20,955 bases of DNA. It comes from Elusimicrobiota bacterium (GTDB lineage Bacteria; Elusimicrobiota; Elusimicrobia; UBA1565). The number at the start of each line of letters is the position of its first letter. Position 1 is the stretch's first letter. A model generated the notes under the pieces. That model saw nothing but the letters and a program-made list of their open reading frames with translations. It had not been told where the DNA came from and searched no databases. The stretch covers positions 1 to 20,955 of the forward strand of contig JBDREN010000117.1 of NCBI GenBank assembly GCA_043819795.1. Reading direction: 5' to 3'. Positions 17,222-20,955 of the stretch are shown in pieces. The position numbers and the translations under genes are program-made.

Positions 17222-17779
17222 TTACCGCTCCGGATCCGTAGTTTTGCCCCGGACCTCCGCGAATGCCTTTGCGTCCTCTTCCCGAATCAGCGACAGCCGG
17301 CCCAAACGCCGCGCGCGCAGACGCCCGGTCCGGATCGCCTTGCGGACTCCCTCGCGGGTGCACCCGGCCATTTCCGCGACTTGTCCGGTCGTCATTTCCA
17401 GGTTCTCCCCTCCTTCGGGGTCGTCGCTTTCAACGACTTCTCCACGCAGGAGGTAGCCCTGTCCGATCCCAAGACGCTTTCCCATGTCCTCGCAGACCCG
17501 ATAGAGGGTCGTCTCATCGACCGGCTTTCCCAGCCGCTTGGCACGCGCATAAAGCGGCGCGGAGGGCTCCAAATAGAGGTTCTCGAAGTCCAGATAGCTG
17601 ACGCCTTCCTTCACCCTTTTCGACAGGCGTCCGAGGAATCTGCGCTCCTCGGCCGTCAGCTTCGCCAAGGGGAGCTGCTTGCCTTCCAACGTCGTATAAG
17701 CGTTTCTGTATGCCACTTCCGAAAGTCCCGCATCCAGTATAGCAGGAAAGTTTGTGTCTAGCAACCCGTTGGTTTGCAT
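17222..17779 (-). CDS. Protein with C-terminal excisionase-like (HTH_17) DNA-binding domain
   Basis: 185 aa from MQTNGLLD, RBS GGAGG upstream (17790-17794). C-terminal MTTGQVAEMAGCTREGVRKAIRTGRLRARRLGRLSLIREED fits the Xis-like winged HTH pattern. Confidence 0.8.
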   Translation of the reverse strand: MQTNGLLDTNFPAILDAGLSEVAYRNAYTTLEGKQLPLAKLTAEERRFLGRLSKRVKEGVSYLDFENLYLEPSAPLYARAKRLGKPVDETTLYRVCEDMGKRLGIGQGYLLRGEVVESDDPEGGENLEMTTGQVAEMAGCTREGVRKAIRTGRLRARRLGRLSLIREEDAKAFAEVRGKTTDPER

Positions 17780-17913
17780 AGCAGGTTTGCCTCCTGGATT
17801 TCCCGGCAAAGCGCCGCGAAGAGAGCGATCGCTTGTTCCCGCTGAGGCCGCTCCGCGAGTTCGTATTCCACTTCGAGCCGCACGATGGGAGGAGGCTTCT
17901 TTGAGCGCCCCAT

Positions 17914-18702
17914 CTAGGCCCTGCGGTAGAACGTCATGGTTTGTCCCGGTTCCGGGCCGACAAAAGGACACTTTCTCGGGTCCGCGCGGAAGGACGCCAG
18001 GCTCCCGGCGCGAACGCGATGAGCCCTGAATCGTTGCGCGAACCGGCACAACCGCGTCATCCCTCCGGGCCAGCCCGCCAGATAAAGCACGAGGCCCCGG
18101 CACGGCATACACTCATCATATACTTCCCACAACTTCCGGTATCTTCCCCGCGATTTCTGGGTCAACTCCACTTCAACGGCTTTCGGCACGTCACCGTCCA
18201 CGACCCAGAGATCGGAAAGAACCAGGCTTCTCATTCGCGCCAGGTTCCTGACGTTCATTTTTTCACTAATCCTCTCGAGCTCCGACCTCACGTCGAGCCC
18301 CAGAATCTCGCGCATTGTTAGTCCCACGGCGTTTACCGTCACTTCATGACGCACCAAAGCAGGGGAGATCGACCTTCGGAAACTCGGGGATCGCGCTCGG
18401 CCGAACATCGTCAAAGTCTTATGCCCGAACGACGTAATGCAATAGAGCTTGGGAAAGTTCACGAAGGACACTTTTCTTATTAGCCCAGCCTTTTCGAGCT
18501 TCAAGAGACGCTTATACGCATACCCGACATACACCGCCGAATCCGTCTCATTGAAAAACAGCTTGGTCCTCTCATCACTCTCCAATTCCCGGCTGAACAC
18601 CAGGCCGTCTATTTGTCCAAGCCCCAAGATACCCCAATATTCCAATCCAGACAGAACAGCCAGATCATGCTTCCCGATCTTAACAGGACATTTCTTCTTC
18701 AC
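17914..18702 (-). CDS. Replication-relaxation (Replic_Relax)-like protein: wHTH plus PD-(D/E)XK-like domain
   Basis: 262 aa. YKRLLKLEKAGLI...LYCITSFG (wHTH), RHEVTV, SDLWV...AVEVELTQKSRGRYRK match the family pattern (H..., PD..., AxExE). Confidence 0.75.
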   Translation of the reverse strand: MKKKCPVKIGKHDLAVLSGLEYWGILGLGQIDGLVFSRELESDERTKLFFNETDSAVYVGYAYKRLLKLEKAGLIRKVSFVNFPKLYCITSFGHKTLTMFGRARSPSFRRSISPALVRHEVTVNAVGLTMREILGLDVRSELERISEKMNVRNLARMRSLVLSDLWVVDGDVPKAVEVELTQKSRGRYRKLWEVYDECMPCRGLVLYLAGWPGGMTRLCRFAQRFRAHRVRAGSLASFRADPRKCPFVGPEPGQTMTFYRRA

Positions 18703-18805
18703 CCTTCCCCCATTTACACCTATTATCTTCAGAATTCAGCTTGCAGCACCTCACAAACCACATGCCGCACCTGCATCTCCTTCCAGATCCGTCTCCGCCC
18801 CCCGC

Positions 18806-18857
18806 CTTCCCGACCCCGGCACCACAACCTTCTGGTTGAGGGGGCGGGGTCGGGAAG
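18806..18857. repeat. Long inverted repeat/hairpin upstream of the Replic_Relax-like gene
   Basis: CTTCCCGACCCCG (18806-18818) pairs with CGGGGTCGGGAAG (18845-18857); inner stem CAACC-ttct-GGTTG (18825-18838). Confidence 0.75.
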
Positions 18858-18984
18858 CGCACAGGCTGAAAGCCGAAGCGAGGGGGGCCGAAAAGATACG
18901 CAGAAACCAACCATTCCCGGTGCGGCATACCAAACTCTTGGTGTCTGGACCACCAGACATCCTGACCGATACTCTGGAAACGCA

Positions 18985-19230
18985 TCAAACGTCCCCCCCA
19001 ACGGGCTCGTCGTCGGCCTTATGGTTCTTCGCCACAAAGGAGATGGCGTAGCCGATGACGCGGTCGCGGTCCGTCTCCTTGCCCGTCTCGCTCATGAGCT
19101 TGAGCTGCAATTTCCCAAGGTCCCTGACCTCCGCGAGGGTCAAAGAGACCCTAAGCAGGATCTTTTTGGGCTGTCGCCCCCGGGTTTTTGCCCCGTCGAG
19201 CGGCGGAGAATTGGTTTCGTTCTCGTTCAT
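18985..19230 (-). CDS. Small putative ribbon-helix-helix-like DNA-binding protein
   Basis: 81 aa with strong RBS (GGAGG-cttaa-ATG). Basic segment, beta strand LLRVSL, then two helices (LAEVRDLGKLQ...; RDRVIGYAISF). Confidence 0.65.
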   Translation of the reverse strand: MNENETNSPPLDGAKTRGRQPKKILLRVSLTLAEVRDLGKLQLKLMSETGKETDRDRVIGYAISFVAKNHKADDEPVGGDV

Positions 19231-19377
19231 TTAAGCCTCCGGTCCGACTTTTTTTGCGGCCTGGGGGCCGCACAATTACAATACCGGCGTCCCGCGATTT
19301 CTTGCCGCGGCCGGGCTGGATAATCGTACGGCAGAACAATGATCGTCGTCGGGAAAACAGAGCTCCCACTTCGATTT

Positions 19378-19386
19378 TGGTATCAT
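19378..19386 (+). promoter_or_regulatory. Extended -10 element (TGGTATCAT) upstream of the sigma-like gene
   Basis: Same TGGTAnnnT pattern seen before tig, clpP, SRPBCC and tRNA-Asn. Confidence 0.45.
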
Positions 19387-19427
19387 CTGACAGGCTGTCG
19401 TCCGCCAAAACCGGCCCTTGTCGATCT

Positions 19428-20141
19428 ATGGATTCGGAATACCGCGCCCTACTGGAGAAGCAGGACTGGCGCAGGATTCACCGCGATCTGGTGCATTTTG
19501 CCCGCACCTTGGCCGTCTCAGGCAAGCTGTGGGCCGGCGGCACACGTCGCTTTTCGGGGGGCGAGGAGCCTATGCTGGCCGACGGATGCACTCCTCGGGA
19601 TGTCGTTCATCAGGTGATTTCGCAGACCTTCGAGGGGCAGGGTCAATGGAAATGGGACCCCGAGAGGAGCGCCGACATCCGCGTACATCTTAAATGGCGC
19701 ATCAGAAGCAAGCTCTCGACCTTGGTGGAGAAGGACGACAATCGCAAGAGGATCCCGGTCCCAAAGGATGAGCACGGAGCGGAACGGTTCGATTGGCTGA
19801 AAGCGCCGAGGGGAATGACGAAGGGCTTGGCCGAAGATGGGGTCGGCGATCATTCGGAGGAAGATTATTCCGTGGATCTCCTCGATCGGCTGTCCACTCA
19901 GTGCCTGGCCGATCATCCGGGGGGCGACGATTTTACCGCGCACCTGGAGAAAGGACTTGGCGACGATCCGCGTCTTCAGGATGTCCTCACCCACATATGC
20001 AACGGAACGCCCCCCCGCAGGATGGCCGATGCTATGGGAATATCCGTCAGAGAAGTCAACAATTTGATGAAGCGTTTGAAACGCAGGTCGCGTCAAATCA
20101 TGCGACCTGATGTCCCAATCCAGGGGAAAGCCAATGCCTAA
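19428..20141 (+). CDS. Sigma-70/ECF-like protein
   Basis: 237 aa from MDSEYRALL. Region-2-like segment (DVVHQVISQTFEG...WDPERSADIRVHLKWRIRSKL) and region-4-like HTH (PPRRMADAMGISVREVNNLMKRLKRR). Confidence 0.72.
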   Translation: MDSEYRALLEKQDWRRIHRDLVHFARTLAVSGKLWAGGTRRFSGGEEPMLADGCTPRDVVHQVISQTFEGQGQWKWDPERSADIRVHLKWRIRSKLSTLVEKDDNRKRIPVPKDEHGAERFDWLKAPRGMTKGLAEDGVGDHSEEDYSVDLLDRLSTQCLADHPGGDDFTAHLEKGLGDDPRLQDVLTHICNGTPPRRMADAMGISVREVNNLMKRLKRRSRQIMRPDVPIQGKANA

Positions 20142-20955
20142 ACAGAGCGACAGAGACAAAGCTCTTTTCGAGCATCTTCGGTACTGGGAAGTGAAGGACG
20201 ACGAACGTGTTCGGCAAGAGCTGAAGGCTGCCGGCTACGATCCCGACGCTCTCGAAGTAGAGGGTGAGGAATTCGTGCGAGGCCTTCTTGCAGAGGACGA
20301 CGCGCAAAGAAGAGAATCCCTCGCGCGCCGGTTCAAAGAGACCGAGCGCCTTGCGGACGAGGCGGATTCGCAGGAATTCGAGGCGCCGGAGGACCTAGCC
20401 AAGGCCATAACCGACATACTGGCCGCAAAGACGGGCGAGGGCTCCCGGCAGCAGCCCCGCGCCTTTTGGCGTAATTTCGATAAGGCATCCCGCGAGGATC
20501 AAATCCGGATTCTTAAGGATATCCGTCTCCTGAAGGCCTTGCAGCGGAAGGATGAAAGCGGCTGCGAAAAGCCTGATGCCAAGACGGTGCAAGCAGCCGA
20601 TCAGGCCCGCCAGGTCCTGGCAGAGTTGTCCGTCTCCCACCCTGGAGAAGAGTCCATCCGCGACTTAGCCTGCGCGCGGGGAGCCCTCGTGCGCGAGGGG
20701 CCGATGCAGGGCGCGGAGAGCTGGATGGTCAAGATGGGCCGACACGGACTAATTCGCGTCCGCGAGTCGATACCGGAAGATACCCGCAAGCGCTACGATA
20801 TCGCCCACGAACTCGGGCACTTTGAGCTGCATTCCGAGGCCGACCAACTCGGCTTGTGCCTCGACGCGGAACTGGCGGCGGCCTATAGATCCAAGAACGC
20901 CGAGGAGATTGAAGCCCACGCCTTCGCCAACGAATTCCTGCTTCCGGAAAAGCTG
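20134..20955 (+). CDS. ImmA/IrrE (DUF955/M78) metallopeptidase with a ~140-aa helical N-terminal domain; 3'-truncated by the window edge
   Basis: Hand translation is open for 274 codons from ATG 20134, which overlaps the sigma-like stop: MPKQSDRDKALFEHLRYWE...RKRYDIAHELGHFELH...EEIEAHAFANEFLLPEKL. HEXXH at 20806-20820. Absent from the ORF track because it has no stop in the window. Confidence 0.85.
   Translation, partial: MPKQSDRDKALFEHLRYWEVKDDERVRQELKAAGYDPDALEVEGEEFVRGLLAEDDAQRRESLARRFKETERLADEADSQEFEAPEDLAKAITDILAAKTGEGSRQQPRAFWRNFDKASREDQIRILKDIRLLKALQRKDESGCEKPDAKTVQAADQARQVLAELSVSHPGEESIRDLACARGALVREGPMQGAESWMVKMGRHGLIRVRESIPEDTRKRYDIAHELGHFELHSEADQLGLCLDAELAAAYRSKNAEEIEAHAFANEFLLPEKL

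Larger units (their letters stand above)
14984..20955. mobile_element. Integrated element/genomic island at tRNA-Asn (left end; right end outside the window)
   Basis: Serine integrase abutting and overlapping the tRNA; excisionase-like, Replic_Relax-like and ImmA-like genes; visibly lower GC and different codon usage than the core genes. Confidence 0.85.

Noticed and set aside
17780..18112. 296-aa version of the Xis-like gene (and the 317-aa version of the sigma-like gene from 19188)
   Set aside because: The extensions overlap neighbouring genes. ATG 17779 has a GGAGG RBS, and ATG 19428 follows an extended -10 element.
1..20955. CRISPR array, rRNA, IS elements, or a second att copy of the tRNA-Asn 3' end
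   Set aside because: No regularly spaced repeats, rRNA-like sequence, transposase or duplicated tRNA-Asn fragment found by eye within the window.

Overview
GC-rich bacterial chromosomal window. Its gene style loosely suggests Elusimicrobiota, but that is an inference and is not shown by the sequence. From left to right: a truncated low-GC ORF; a tRNA-Leu(TAG) whose acceptor stem is mismatched; a small promoter-led ORF; tig; a reverse-strand SRPBCC gene; a tightly coupled clpP-lon-class V aminotransferase-serA-ABC ATPase-ABC permease-PilG/XapB-like run with no clpX; a signal-peptide-bearing LonC-like S16 protease; a DMT/EamA transporter; and tRNA-Asn(GTT). From the tRNA-Asn to the window end lies a lower-GC integrated element. 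It encodes a large serine recombinase whose reading frame ends inside the tRNA, an excisionase-like HTH protein, a Replic_Relax-like protein, a structured intergenic region and an RHH-like protein. Divergently, it encodes a sigma-70-like protein followed by an ORF missing from the ORF track, which joins a helical N-terminal domain to an ImmA/IrrE HEXXH metallopeptidase. The most interesting candidates are the sigma-like/peptidase switch, the integrase-tRNA overlap, the apparently exported LonC-like protease, the chimeric-looking tRNA-Leu and repeated leaderless-mRNA architecture.
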